44,198 nt of DNA from a virus (Duplodnaviria > Heunggongvirae > Uroviricota > Caudoviricetes), in IMG/VR virus record IMGVR_UViG_3300005527_000046, positions 64,001 to 108,198 of that record; one strand, written 5' to 3'. A program made the translations under genes and the position numbers. The notes beneath the pieces are model-generated. The model made no database searches. It was not told the origin of the DNA and worked only from the letters and a program-made list of their open reading frames with translations. The stretch's first letter is position 1, and each line of letters opens with the position of its first letter. Positions 19,242-28,844 of this stretch are shown piece after piece.

Positions 19242-21734
19242 TTAAAGTATGTCTCCTATTGCTATTATTTTTGTTGTATATCCTGCATCATTTCCACCAG
19301 CTTTAAGAGAGTGGGTTATTGCTCTTATTTTATACATTGGTAAAACATCATTTACTTGGCTAGTTTCTTCTCCAGAAGTTTGTCTTATGTTTGATAAGGC
19401 TTGATCTAAAGTAACTATCTTTTCTTGTTGTCCAACTTGTTTTATTTGTTGAGACTTAATCTTTTGAACTTCATCATATAATGTCTTTAAGAATAAAGAT
19501 TGAGCACCATCATTCTTAAAGGTTAAAATACCATTACTATGAAGTACTGTATTATAAACTCTAATAGCTTCACCAGGATAAAATGATGAGTCTCCAATTA
19601 CCTTCATTATCACTGTTACATTGTCTCTAGCCATAGTAGAAGCTGTTGTTAAAGCTAGGGCTTGAGCGGCTGCTGCAGTACTTGTACCAACTAACTCTTT
19701 GCTAGCATTTTTGATTTTAGGATCAACTATTATATGTTGTTTGATTGGTATCTTTTTATTCTTTGTATTAGCAGAAGCAACATCTACAACACTTACAATA
19801 TCCTTTAATGAAGAGTTAGTAGGATTATTAAAGTCAGCACTAGACACAGTGAATCTGTTATATACTCCAATAGTACTTGTTGTAACTCTTATATCTTTTA
19901 TAAGACTTCTTGACTCTGGTACTTTGTCAAAACAATCAAAGAAGAAGTACAGTCTATTACCTCTTTCTTCATCTGTTAATCCGGCTGTATCTAATATTCT
20001 TGGCGCAAACATAAAGTGTCCATTAACATGAGAACAAAAGAAATCAATTGGCATTACTTCTGTATTAGCTAAATAACTTAATATCTCAAAGGGGGACTTA
20101 TTAATTATCTGCATTGTTGTAGGGCCACTTCCAGCTACTAAGGGTGGTTGTAAAGTCCATATATGAAATAAAGGATCATAGGGATTAGCTTCATTCTGTA
20201 GAAAAGAATTGGCTATAACCCATCTTGCTGGATCTTCTATTGCAGCCGCAAACTTTATTCTTTCTTCTGCTAATGCATTTGTATTTTCTTGTATTGATTT
20301 AACTTGATCTGATACTCTGCCTTTCTTAGGATCTTTTGAATCCTTATAAGCATTATCCCATAAGGTAATAATAGAACCAGGATTAAAGTTTTCCCTCCAC
20401 TGAGATGATGTTGCACTGGTATAACTATTATCTAAATAAATACCTCCATTAGATGCTCTATATACTCCTTCAATTGTTTTATGTCTAAGTCCTTCAAAAA
20501 CTCCTTTTTCATCACTTCCAGTATTTAAAAAAGGAATAGTTATAATTTTTGTATCAGCAAGTATTCTACTTCTGTCTCTTAGATTGTATATAATTTGTAC
20601 TCCTGCAGAGATGTTGCCAATAAAGTCTACAGAGTCAATAAACCCCCAGAATATAGGTGCTAAAGGTTTTTTAGAATCATATTCTCCAATAGCAACTTTA
20701 TTAAATAGTTGATACTTACTTATTAACAATTCAAGTTGACCTTTAGCATTATTAATAAATGCTTTAAAGGAGTTGTCATCTGTTATTACTAGGTTTGTCT
20801 TTCTTTCTAATAGCTTAAATTCAACTGCAAATGGGACTAACTTAGCTCTTCCAACTTCAGGAGCAACAACAAACTCTCCATTTATATTAGTTAATACTTG
20901 TTTTATCTTATCTAAGTCTTTACTGTTTTGTGCTCTAAAAGGAGTATCTACACTTATATCTGCAATCTTATCTAGATCTTTTAATATAGTTTCATAATTA
21001 GTTACTGTTTTAACTTGATCTTCTGTTAATTCTTGTTTATTATCTGTTTTAAAATAGTTAAATTTAAAGGGATATTGTCCTAAATCATCCATGCTTACAC
21101 AAGTATTAGATTTATAACCAGCATATATTCTAACTTCATCATCTACTCCTAAAAATCTACCTCTAGGTAATAAACTATATTCCACTTGTTTACCTGTACT
21201 GTCTCCTTTCTTTGGACTTAGTTGATAGTTAAAACCTTGTTCAATCTCTTTTAAAGAAGGTATACTTCCATCATTATTTAACTTACAAGTAATAATTAGT
21301 TTAGCTTTACATATAGGCCAATCTCTAGTTACTTCTACTTCTGCATCTCTTAAGAACCAGCTAGATTGTATTGATAAATCACTAGAAGATGTTGGCTGAA
21401 TTTCTACATTAGAGTATACTAAATACTCTGTATCTAAAACTTTTGATTTATTATTATTACTTGTTAAATTTAAACCAGTTAATTTAAGCTCAAGATCTGA
21501 TTTCTCTTTTCTAGCTTTTTCCTTTCCTGCGAAGGCAGAATCACTAAAAGCAATATCACTAATATACTCATCTAACTTTTTTATTTCTTCTTTTAATTTT
21601 GCAATTTCTACTGTATTATCAATTCCTGTTGGTTTTGTAGAGTCTTTAGGTTCTGGCACAATTCCTTTTCTATTACTTACAAATGTAACTGCAAATACTG
21701 GAGTTGGTTCTTCTGGTGTGTAATGTTTAGCCAT
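19242..21734 (-). CDS. Baseplate hub protein (gp27/late-control-D-like), enlarged
   Basis: DDEVRIYAGY, IFWGFIDSV...LRDRSRILAD, VIGDSSFYPGEAIRV, YKIRAITHSL...GYTTKI motifs; 830 aa. Confidence 0.7.
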   Translation of the reverse strand: MAKHYTPEEPTPVFAVTFVSNRKGIVPEPKDSTKPTGIDNTVEIAKLKEEIKKLDEYISDIAFSDSAFAGKEKARKEKSDLELKLTGLNLTSNNNKSKVLDTEYLVYSNVEIQPTSSSDLSIQSSWFLRDAEVEVTRDWPICKAKLIITCKLNNDGSIPSLKEIEQGFNYQLSPKKGDSTGKQVEYSLLPRGRFLGVDDEVRIYAGYKSNTCVSMDDLGQYPFKFNYFKTDNKQELTEDQVKTVTNYETILKDLDKIADISVDTPFRAQNSKDLDKIKQVLTNINGEFVVAPEVGRAKLVPFAVEFKLLERKTNLVITDDNSFKAFINNAKGQLELLISKYQLFNKVAIGEYDSKKPLAPIFWGFIDSVDFIGNISAGVQIIYNLRDRSRILADTKIITIPFLNTGSDEKGVFEGLRHKTIEGVYRASNGGIYLDNSYTSATSSQWRENFNPGSIITLWDNAYKDSKDPKKGRVSDQVKSIQENTNALAEERIKFAAAIEDPARWVIANSFLQNEANPYDPLFHIWTLQPPLVAGSGPTTMQIINKSPFEILSYLANTEVMPIDFFCSHVNGHFMFAPRILDTAGLTDEERGNRLYFFFDCFDKVPESRSLIKDIRVTTSTIGVYNRFTVSSADFNNPTNSSLKDIVSVVDVASANTKNKKIPIKQHIIVDPKIKNASKELVGTSTAAAAQALALTTASTMARDNVTVIMKVIGDSSFYPGEAIRVYNTVLHSNGILTFKNDGAQSLFLKTLYDEVQKIKSQQIKQVGQQEKIVTLDQALSNIRQTSGEETSQVNDVLPMYKIRAITHSLKAGGNDAGYTTKIIAIGDIL

Positions 21735-21768
21735 GTATTATCCCTTTATATAATGTTTATGTACATAT

Positions 21769-21807
21769 TAAAAAAGCTGTGTATATTACTATAGTACAGC
21801 TTTTTTA
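21769..21807. terminator. Hairpin with A/T tails on both sides (intrinsic-terminator-like)
   Basis: TAAAAAAGCTGT (21769-21780) pairs with ACAGCTTTTTTA (21796-21807). Confidence 0.7.
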
Positions 21808-21922
21808 GTTATATATTTGTATGCTTAATTATAAATTATAGTGTTTATATTATAAATATATCCCAAAACCATCTTTAGGATCTAAGGTACGTTTGAATTT
21901 TGTTATATTATATACTTAATAA

Positions 21923-21956
21923 AAAAAGCTGTGTCTTTATATTAACACAGCTTTTT
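21923..21956. terminator. Hairpin terminator after the tube gene
   Basis: AAAAAGCTGTGT (21923-21934) pairs with ACACAGCTTTTT (21945-21956). Shares a 13-bp direct repeat with the 21770 hairpin. Confidence 0.75.
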
Positions 21957-21981
21957 ATTATACTATTTATATTCTTTTAAA

Positions 21982-22776
21982 TTAGAATATTTGAGCTTTA
22001 AGAGGACCGCTTGGAATGGCCGATGGATTAGCAGTACTAAGAGTATTACTACCATTAAATGAAGGCCCAACAGCAGCATTATCTCTAAAGTTTTGAAGTG
22101 TCTCAGGAATGAATCTAATTCCCTCAGCAACACCCTCCCAACGTTGTGCTATAACTCTTCTACCAGGCATGATACCAACTGATAGAGAGTCTATTTTGCA
22201 TCTTTGTAGTTCATATCTACCTTGTGCAACTGGCACTGGTTTGTCATAAGAAGCTTGTGAACCGTTAACTCCTTTTAACTTATTAGATACATAAGACTGG
22301 TTGTTACCACCAACAATTTGATTGAAGGAAGTACCACCTAATCTATAGATATCATAGTTGGAGTTACCAGGAGTTTTACCAGCTTGGCTTGTTCCACTGT
22401 TGGCAATACCAGCATAGTTTTTATTTAATTCATATGCTGATACGTCCCAAGTAAGTTGAAATCTAGGACCTCTAGTTACAAGTTGTTCTCTACTCATGTT
22501 TTGAACGCCAAAGGTTCTTTGTAAGAAGTTCATGTCAACCAGACCTTGTTCAATAACAAATGCTATTTGAACTTCACCATTTAGATATACTGGAAACCTA
22601 GTACCCAAAGGTAAATAGGTTTCTGTACTATCTCTGATTGTTAAGGTAATAGACTGAAAGTCGCCAAACAATGCAATTTGACCTGAAGCTGCATCTTGCA
22701 TCCAAGCTGCAACGTCAAAACCTTGCATAGGATCTAATCCTACATTATTAATCGGAGCTTGATAAATATCTAACAT
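21982..22776 (-). CDS. Tail tube protein
   Basis: Directly after the sheath. GDFQSITLTIRDSTETYLPLG...GEVQIAFVIEQGLVD and YELQRCKIDS patterns. Has a Gly/Asn/Ser-rich insertion. Confidence 0.75.
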   Translation of the reverse strand: MLDIYQAPINNVGLDPMQGFDVAAWMQDAASGQIALFGDFQSITLTIRDSTETYLPLGTRFPVYLNGEVQIAFVIEQGLVDMNFLQRTFGVQNMSREQLVTRGPRFQLTWDVSAYELNKNYAGIANSGTSQAGKTPGNSNYDIYRLGGTSFNQIVGGNNQSYVSNKLKGVNGSQASYDKPVPVAQGRYELQRCKIDSLSVGIMPGRRVIAQRWEGVAEGIRFIPETLQNFRDNAAVGPSFNGSNTLSTANPSAIPSGPLKAQIF

Positions 22777-22804
22777 TTTTTATACTATATTTTACTATTT
22801 GTTG

Positions 22805-25567
22805 TTAACTTAGTGAGACATTACCAGATACATCTCTTGTTAAAGTGACTACAATTCTTTCAATAGGAGCTGTTGGTCTATAACTTAAAGAGATGTTTAA
22901 TATACCACTGTAATAGGCTTCTGCTGGATTATTGCTTTCATCAATTTGAGGTTGATCATAAGAAACAATAAAGTTACTTCTGGTTTGTAAATTCATATAA
23001 GCAGAAATAGCAGCAGCTATCTTAGTTCTAATAGTTCTAGTATTAGGTTCTCCTTTATAGCTTTGAAGATTGAAGAAGATATCTTTTCTAATCTTGTCAT
23101 TAACTCTTACAATTGAGATTTGGTTCTTACCAATTGTGTCTGTCATTGTCCTACCTTGTACTACAAAGTAACCAGATAAAGCAGGGTCAATTGCAATCAA
23201 GTCAACCTTAGCATCAATGAATAGTTGTTTAGCACTAATAGATCTATAACCATCAGTATCTGCTTCTATGATTCCTTGAATAGATCCTGCACTTGTTCTA
23301 GCAGCAGGGCTAATATTCTCAGGAATAGCGGCTAACTTACCAGCATAAAAAGCTGCAAGTGGTACTGTAAATCTACCAATGTTAGAACCACCACCATAGG
23401 TTGCCCAACCACCAATATAAACCCCTCTTTCAGTGTTAATACCTGCTGTTTCTGTTCTTGCAAGACCGGGAGTTAAGTTTCTAGTAGATGTAAGAATAGC
23501 TAACTTTCTACCTTCTAATTCACCACTGTTGTTAGCAACAGATAGTTGAGCTTGTCTTACTGCTGGCATAGCACCTAGTTCACTAGCAACAACAATAAAG
23601 TTTACTCTTTCTTCTGCTAAAGACTTAATAGCTGCAATATAATCTTCTTCTGTTGGTAGGGGACCATCATAACCTTTCTTTAAGAATAGACCAGATAGTT
23701 TAGCATTACCTACATATAAAGGATTTCTAATGTCAGTTACACTTGTAATGAATGGATTAGCAGGAGCTAGCCTTTGGGGTGTTCTAGTTACAATTTGAGC
23801 AGGGAATAAATTGCTACCAGTTGTAACTGGAATGTAATCAGCTCTAACATATGAGGAGCCAATTGAGTTAATAGTTCCATCACTTGCAACGTCTCTTAAT
23901 AGATCTACATTGAATGACTCAACTTGTTTATCATTAGTGTTAGTATTTGCATCTTCAATAGTTACAGAGAACTTACTTGAACCAGTACTATTTACACTAA
24001 TAGATAAGTTATTTCCCCATTGTCCAGGACTAAGAGCAGTAAATCTAACTAAAGGATAGCCATCAGCACTGTATAGAGTTAAGAAGGCGTTTCTTGCACT
24101 ATTAGATGTTGAAGAGAAGCCAGTCTTATTTAATGGGCCGTAATTACTAAAGTTTATACCATTCAAGTTATTGAATGTTACAGTTCCACTTACAATGTTT
24201 GCAGAGACTGGATCACTTAATGTAAGAACATTACCTACTTTGTTAATAACTGTAGTTCCTTGAATGATACTTGTACCAACAACAATTGAATCAATTGCAA
24301 TGTTTGTAGCATCTGCAACAGTTAAAGTTACACCGCCAGAGGTTGCTGAACCAGTTGTAACTACTTGTCCATCAGGCTCATTTAAGTCAATCCATAAGCT
24401 ATAACCACTAGAAATAGTTACTCTATCTGGATCTTCTAGGTCAAAGAATTCTAGAGGTTGACCAACAATATCTTCTGATAAATAGATTCTTGCACCAGCT
24501 TCTGAAGGTAATCTATCAACAATACCAATAGGTGAAACTCCACCAGTTATGTCTTGAATGTTGTTGATAACATCTGAAGCGGTTGCACCTTCAGCAATAG
24601 GAATATAATACTCAGCAGAGTTAGCTCTTACTGTGAATGAATCTCCAGGATATAATTCAATTGGAATGCCAGTTGTACTAAATTTTAATGAGATACCTTC
24701 TGCAATTAATTTTACAATTCCAGCATCTGTAGTTAAATCTAAAGCGGTTCCTATAACTCCACCAGTTATTGTGGCTGAAAGTGTGTCTACATATGTAGGT
24801 ACATCAGCACTGTCATTACCCCAGTTTACCGTAGGAATGTTGTATAAGAATGGATACTGATCAATAGGTAAAGCTACCCACTTTAGTGTTGCTTTGTTGG
24901 TAAGAGTAAATCCTCCATATCCAGCTACCGCAGTAACTAAAGGAGCAGATAATGTTACAACTCCAGTTAGAGGATTAACACCTGTTACAGTAGTTGTTGT
25001 TGGTAAAGTCAAAACACCAGAATCTGTACTAGCAATTTTAGACCCGATTACAATCTTTTCAGCGTTGGCAATTGATGTTGTAATTGTAGATGCAGATGTT
25101 GCTTGATTATAAGTAGCATTTAAGGTGATAGGACCTTGTGTTACTTTAAACAAGTATCTTTTATCTACATTGCCAGTGTAACTACCTTCAGCAGCAATAA
25201 ATGTTTCAATAAAGCTTGTTGTTGTACTTACTGGTTGACCTACAAACTTTAAGTTGACAGTTAGAGTGTTAGCTTTTGTAGCAACTCCACCAACATATAA
25301 ATCAACTTTAGGAGACTGTGATCTTCCAATTACTCTTTTTATACCAAATTCTCTAGCTCCTTGATCATAAGCTGCTTGGAAAGATAGGTTAGCAATACCT
25401 GTATCATATCCATATATTCTGGCAAAATCTCTAAATTCAGATAACAGAACAGTGTTTATTGGTCCTCTTGTGAATTCACCTACAATAGCGACTCTGTTAG
25501 AAGCATCAGTATTAATTGGTGCGCCTAAGCTAGGAGTCTCGTTAAAAATAACTTCAGGAACTCTCAT
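22805..25567 (-). CDS. Tail sheath protein with inserted beta-rich domains
   Basis: VAIVGEFTRGP, F.RIYG, RVIG, FTALSPGQWGNNLSI, PLAAFYAGKLA, QISIVRV, PTAPIERIVVTL; 920 aa. Confidence 0.92.
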   Translation of the reverse strand: MRVPEVIFNETPSLGAPINTDASNRVAIVGEFTRGPINTVLLSEFRDFARIYGYDTGIANLSFQAAYDQGAREFGIKRVIGRSQSPKVDLYVGGVATKANTLTVNLKFVGQPVSTTTSFIETFIAAEGSYTGNVDKRYLFKVTQGPITLNATYNQATSASTITTSIANAEKIVIGSKIASTDSGVLTLPTTTTVTGVNPLTGVVTLSAPLVTAVAGYGGFTLTNKATLKWVALPIDQYPFLYNIPTVNWGNDSADVPTYVDTLSATITGGVIGTALDLTTDAGIVKLIAEGISLKFSTTGIPIELYPGDSFTVRANSAEYYIPIAEGATASDVINNIQDITGGVSPIGIVDRLPSEAGARIYLSEDIVGQPLEFFDLEDPDRVTISSGYSLWIDLNEPDGQVVTTGSATSGGVTLTVADATNIAIDSIVVGTSIIQGTTVINKVGNVLTLSDPVSANIVSGTVTFNNLNGINFSNYGPLNKTGFSSTSNSARNAFLTLYSADGYPLVRFTALSPGQWGNNLSISVNSTGSSKFSVTIEDANTNTNDKQVESFNVDLLRDVASDGTINSIGSSYVRADYIPVTTGSNLFPAQIVTRTPQRLAPANPFITSVTDIRNPLYVGNAKLSGLFLKKGYDGPLPTEEDYIAAIKSLAEERVNFIVVASELGAMPAVRQAQLSVANNSGELEGRKLAILTSTRNLTPGLARTETAGINTERGVYIGGWATYGGGSNIGRFTVPLAAFYAGKLAAIPENISPAARTSAGSIQGIIEADTDGYRSISAKQLFIDAKVDLIAIDPALSGYFVVQGRTMTDTIGKNQISIVRVNDKIRKDIFFNLQSYKGEPNTRTIRTKIAAAISAYMNLQTRSNFIVSYDQPQIDESNNPAEAYYSGILNISLSYRPTAPIERIVVTLTRDVSGNVSLS

Positions 25568-26225
25568 TGATTTTATAGTTTATATTATTTATAGTTGTAC
25601 TAAGTTTTGATGCTTTTGGTGGGTAGGTTGTAATTAAACAAGCTGTCATAGCTTCCTTGAAATAAGGATTCTTTTCCCACTCACCACCGATAAAAGAAGA
25701 CCTTAATAATTCAATTTTAGAATTAGTCCAAGGTAATTTAATGTCATATATAATTAGTCTTAATAATTCAGTACATTGACTTAATATATGCATTGCTACA
25801 TCAGTGTATAATTCTATGTTTATACTATTTTCTATAACTATTTCATCATTAGTTATGGGTAATTGTGTGGGCATATTTTGTAGTATTATAGGCGTTGACT
25901 GAGCACCAGCAGTTACACTGTTATAATAAAAACTAATATGAATCATTGACATTACTTCATCTGTTTCTTGTCCTAATGTATAAGGCTTATATACCATAGT
26001 AGCTGTTTGAGATGTTGCACTCTTAGCAGTTAAAGAGTTAACAGGGGCAGGATAAACTGCACAGGCTAATGTATCATTACTTGTCTCAATACCGCCATAT
26101 AGTCTAAAACTAGATATAGGTATCTTTAATCCAGTTATAGGATTTTCTATTAGGTTTGCAAGTATTAAAGGATGACTAGCTATTTGTTGAGCTATATTAA
26201 TACATATTTGATCTATTCCAAACAT
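25554..26225 (-). CDS. Probable neck/tail-terminator protein
   Basis: 223 aa immediately upstream of the sheath. Synteny only. Confidence 0.5.
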   Translation of the reverse strand: MFGIDQICINIAQQIASHPLILANLIENPITGLKIPISSFRLYGGIETSNDTLACAVYPAPVNSLTAKSATSQTATMVYKPYTLGQETDEVMSMIHISFYYNSVTAGAQSTPIILQNMPTQLPITNDEIVIENSINIELYTDVAMHILSQCTELLRLIIYDIKLPWTNSKIELLRSSFIGGEWEKNPYFKEAMTACLITTYPPKASKLSTTINNINYKINESS

Positions 26226-28146
26226 ATTGTGATCCTATTACATCATTTAACATTCCTATCTTATCTTGTACTTTAGACATTTTACTAGCCTTATTAACTC
26301 CTAAGTTAACTGTAGATGCTCCTACACTAGGAGGAAGTAGCTCTGATAATAAGGAGGTAGATCCTAATATTCTTAATATTGTTGTAATTGCAACAGATCT
26401 AGGAGCTGCACTGAAAGAGGTTAAAGCAGGTGCGACCAAGTGATAATAGGAAGCTACTGTTATACCTTCAACTCCTTCAAACTTAACATCTACTACTATC
26501 TTTACTTCTGGATTAGTTATTTTATATGCATTAATATATACTGCATCTTTGTATATCTGTGCTCCAACAACTTTAGTATCTTCTGCTATTCTATAGTCTA
26601 AGATTCCTTGAACTAGTTTAAATGCTACATCTTCTGGCTGATCACCTAAGGCTATTGCTACTGTCTTCCAAGGCGCACCTTCTGGCATTGTAGATATCCT
26701 AAATGATAAATTACCAGCTACTGTACAGAAGGGATTTAAAGGATCAGAATAGCTAAAGTAGAATGTATCTATTTCAACTTTGTGATCAATTGTAGTCTTT
26801 CCAGTTGTTACTGCAGATGCAGATGATGTAGTTCCTTTATTTACATCTACAATTGCTGATAAAGGTCCTTCTTGTTGTAATGATTGATAGTTAAAAAAGC
26901 TAGAGCTTTGTTTACCAACTAATAGACCTTCTATATAATTCTTTATGTATGTTGACTTTCTAATTATAAGTTCATTAGATGTATAGTTAACTGCTGATAA
27001 ATCTAATAACTCCCAGTGAGTTGGATTAGTTATACTTGCTAGAGGAGGTACTGTAAGTGCTTTATATCCTTGATCATTATATACAACTATATCTCCAATT
27101 GCATATACAACATTAACCTTATAAGCACCTCTATATGATGTATATGGAGATACTAAAGCTGCCTTGTGTATAGTTAAAGGTCTAATTGTTATTGCTTCTC
27201 TAGATACTATTGTTGATAATCTTCTGGCAGCAAACTCTAAGTAAACACTAAATGTTCTTAGACTGAATGTAGCTATTTTATTTAAGAATGTAGTGGTGTC
27301 TTTATAAAAGTTTGACTTCTTAAGTGATACAGAAGAGTCAACGTTTCTTGTTCTTGTAGGTTCAGCTATTAAATTTGAAAAAGGGTATACAGCAGTGCCA
27401 CTTGTATAAACATTAGTACATAGAGTATTAATATCAGAGGATAGTTGATATATAAAACTTTCTATATCTTGATTGTTATTAACTACAGTAACTCCTTCAT
27501 TTAATAGTGGTGGTGTTCCTGGTTCAGACTTCAATACATTAAAGTATATAAAAGCTATCTCATTAGGCTTAACTGTAAGTATTTCAACAGTTTTTACACC
27601 ACTAAGTTTAATAGGTTCTACTTCTAAACCAACATCAAATTGTGTTTCTAATATAGTGTCTCTATTTATATCTGGAGCAAAGAAGAAGAAATCACTATTA
27701 GTATTAATAGAGATATCAGAAGATAAAGAAGATACTGCTGTTGTATATAGAAATACAATCCTATCAAGGTTAGAATACGCTCTAGTTTCTAATGCATTAC
27801 CTCTCTCTATAAGCTTTAATGAGCCATCAATAGGTAAAGATCTAATTATGTTAGCAGCAGTTAATTCAGCAGCCACATTTAATAAACCAGAGCTATATTC
27901 TGAGTCTAGTATTAAATTTAATACTGCTTCATATGTTGTTGGTAGTTTAAATAGCTGTGTGTTATCTCTATCTTTTGCTGCAGATAACACAAGTCCAATA
28001 TTATTAAACTGTTGAAGTCCTTGAAAGATAATATCATCATCACTAAGAAAACTAGAGGCCCCTTGTGTTAGTACACATAGAGGCCTTACTAGTCTTATAA
28101 AGTTGAAATTATCAAGACTTGATTGAATGTCTTGTGCAAAATTCAT
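26197..28146 (-). CDS. Probable head-tail adaptor/neck protein with a CBM5/12-like segment
   Basis: 649 aa. N-terminal LNVAAELTAANII adaptor-like helix. Internal YRGAYKVNVVYAIGDIVVYNDQGYKA...THWELL. Confidence 0.45.
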   Translation of the reverse strand: MNFAQDIQSSLDNFNFIRLVRPLCVLTQGASSFLSDDDIIFQGLQQFNNIGLVLSAAKDRDNTQLFKLPTTYEAVLNLILDSEYSSGLLNVAAELTAANIIRSLPIDGSLKLIERGNALETRAYSNLDRIVFLYTTAVSSLSSDISINTNSDFFFFAPDINRDTILETQFDVGLEVEPIKLSGVKTVEILTVKPNEIAFIYFNVLKSEPGTPPLLNEGVTVVNNNQDIESFIYQLSSDINTLCTNVYTSGTAVYPFSNLIAEPTRTRNVDSSVSLKKSNFYKDTTTFLNKIATFSLRTFSVYLEFAARRLSTIVSREAITIRPLTIHKAALVSPYTSYRGAYKVNVVYAIGDIVVYNDQGYKALTVPPLASITNPTHWELLDLSAVNYTSNELIIRKSTYIKNYIEGLLVGKQSSSFFNYQSLQQEGPLSAIVDVNKGTTSSASAVTTGKTTIDHKVEIDTFYFSYSDPLNPFCTVAGNLSFRISTMPEGAPWKTVAIALGDQPEDVAFKLVQGILDYRIAEDTKVVGAQIYKDAVYINAYKITNPEVKIVVDVKFEGVEGITVASYYHLVAPALTSFSAAPRSVAITTILRILGSTSLLSELLPPSVGASTVNLGVNKASKMSKVQDKIGMLNDVIGSQYVWNRSNMY

Positions 28147-28148
28147 TG

Positions 28149-28805
28149 TTATTTAAAGTTAATTATGTACTTTATTGCTTCAACTTTGTTGGTGTAATCA
28201 TATTCTTTATCTAGTTCTAGTACTGCTTTTTTAATTTCAGCAGCACTTTTATCTTCTAATTGATCTTCAGATAAAGCAAGAATAGACTTAGTTGCAGCAC
28301 TATACTCAGGAGTAATTTTTTCTTCTACATTAATAACTACTTCTTTCTCAGCAACTACTTCTTCTTCAGCAATTGAAGGCTTGATTTCTTGTAAGTCAGG
28401 ATTAGGAAACTTAGGTTCAACTATTACTGGTTCATATGTATTATCAGCTAAAGGTTTAGGATCATATGTAGTATCCTCATGAGGAGACGTACCAAAAGGA
28501 GAGAAGGTATCTCCTAATGTTTCATAGAAAGGTTTACTTTCTATTGGTGTATAATCTTGGTCTTTTGGCTTGTTTAAAGAATATGTAGAAGTTAGTTGTT
28601 CCTTAACATGAAAGGGTAAAGAGTCTACTGAAGGTAGTTCAATAAACTCTTTATGAGAATAGTTTGGGTTATAAAGACTTACTAGTTCAGAGATCTTTGT
28701 GCTGTCATAGATATCAAAACTTAGATAACTATTAGCAACTACAAAGTTCTCATCTCTATATTTAAAGTCTGCAATAACTCTTACTCTAATGTTAGGATCA
28801 AACAT
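28149..28805 (-). CDS. Hypothetical head/neck-associated protein with an acidic Pro-rich linker and a short C-terminal helical domain
   Basis: 218 aa. C-terminal LEDKSAAEIKKAVLEL...NKVEAIKYI resembles Rho-N/HeH-like modules. Confidence 0.45.
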   Translation of the reverse strand: MFDPNIRVRVIADFKYRDENFVVANSYLSFDIYDSTKISELVSLYNPNYSHKEFIELPSVDSLPFHVKEQLTSTYSLNKPKDQDYTPIESKPFYETLGDTFSPFGTSPHEDTTYDPKPLADNTYEPVIVEPKFPNPDLQEIKPSIAEEEVVAEKEVVINVEEKITPEYSAATKSILALSEDQLEDKSAAEIKKAVLELDKEYDYTNKVEAIKYIINFK

Positions 28806-28844
28806 TTTTTTATTTACCTATCTATTTTGTTTAATTGTTATGTA

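Noticed and set aside
21827-21874. 15-codon minus-strand micro-ORF (MVLGYIYNINTIIYN) between the twin hairpins
   Set aside because: Too short and AT-rich to distinguish from chance.
21769-21956. CRISPR mini-array from the repeated AAAAAAGCTGTGT hairpins
   Set aside because: Only two imperfect copies with different loops, both shaped like terminators. No cas genes or regular spacers.
626-25567. Extracellular contractile injection system or tailocin rather than phage
   Set aside because: Portal, prohead protease and major capsid genes are in the same window.
3123-27999. Plus-strand ORFs in the track opposite long minus-strand genes (e.g. 3123, 3342, 4993, 5253, 6646, 6982, 7369, 8480, 8915, 13491, 17070, 19699, 20773, 24633, 24894, 27473)
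   Set aside because: They lie fully antisense to well-supported structural genes, have the biased composition of shadow frames and show no motifs. The same applies to 30719 (same-strand alternate frame), 32220 and 39728.
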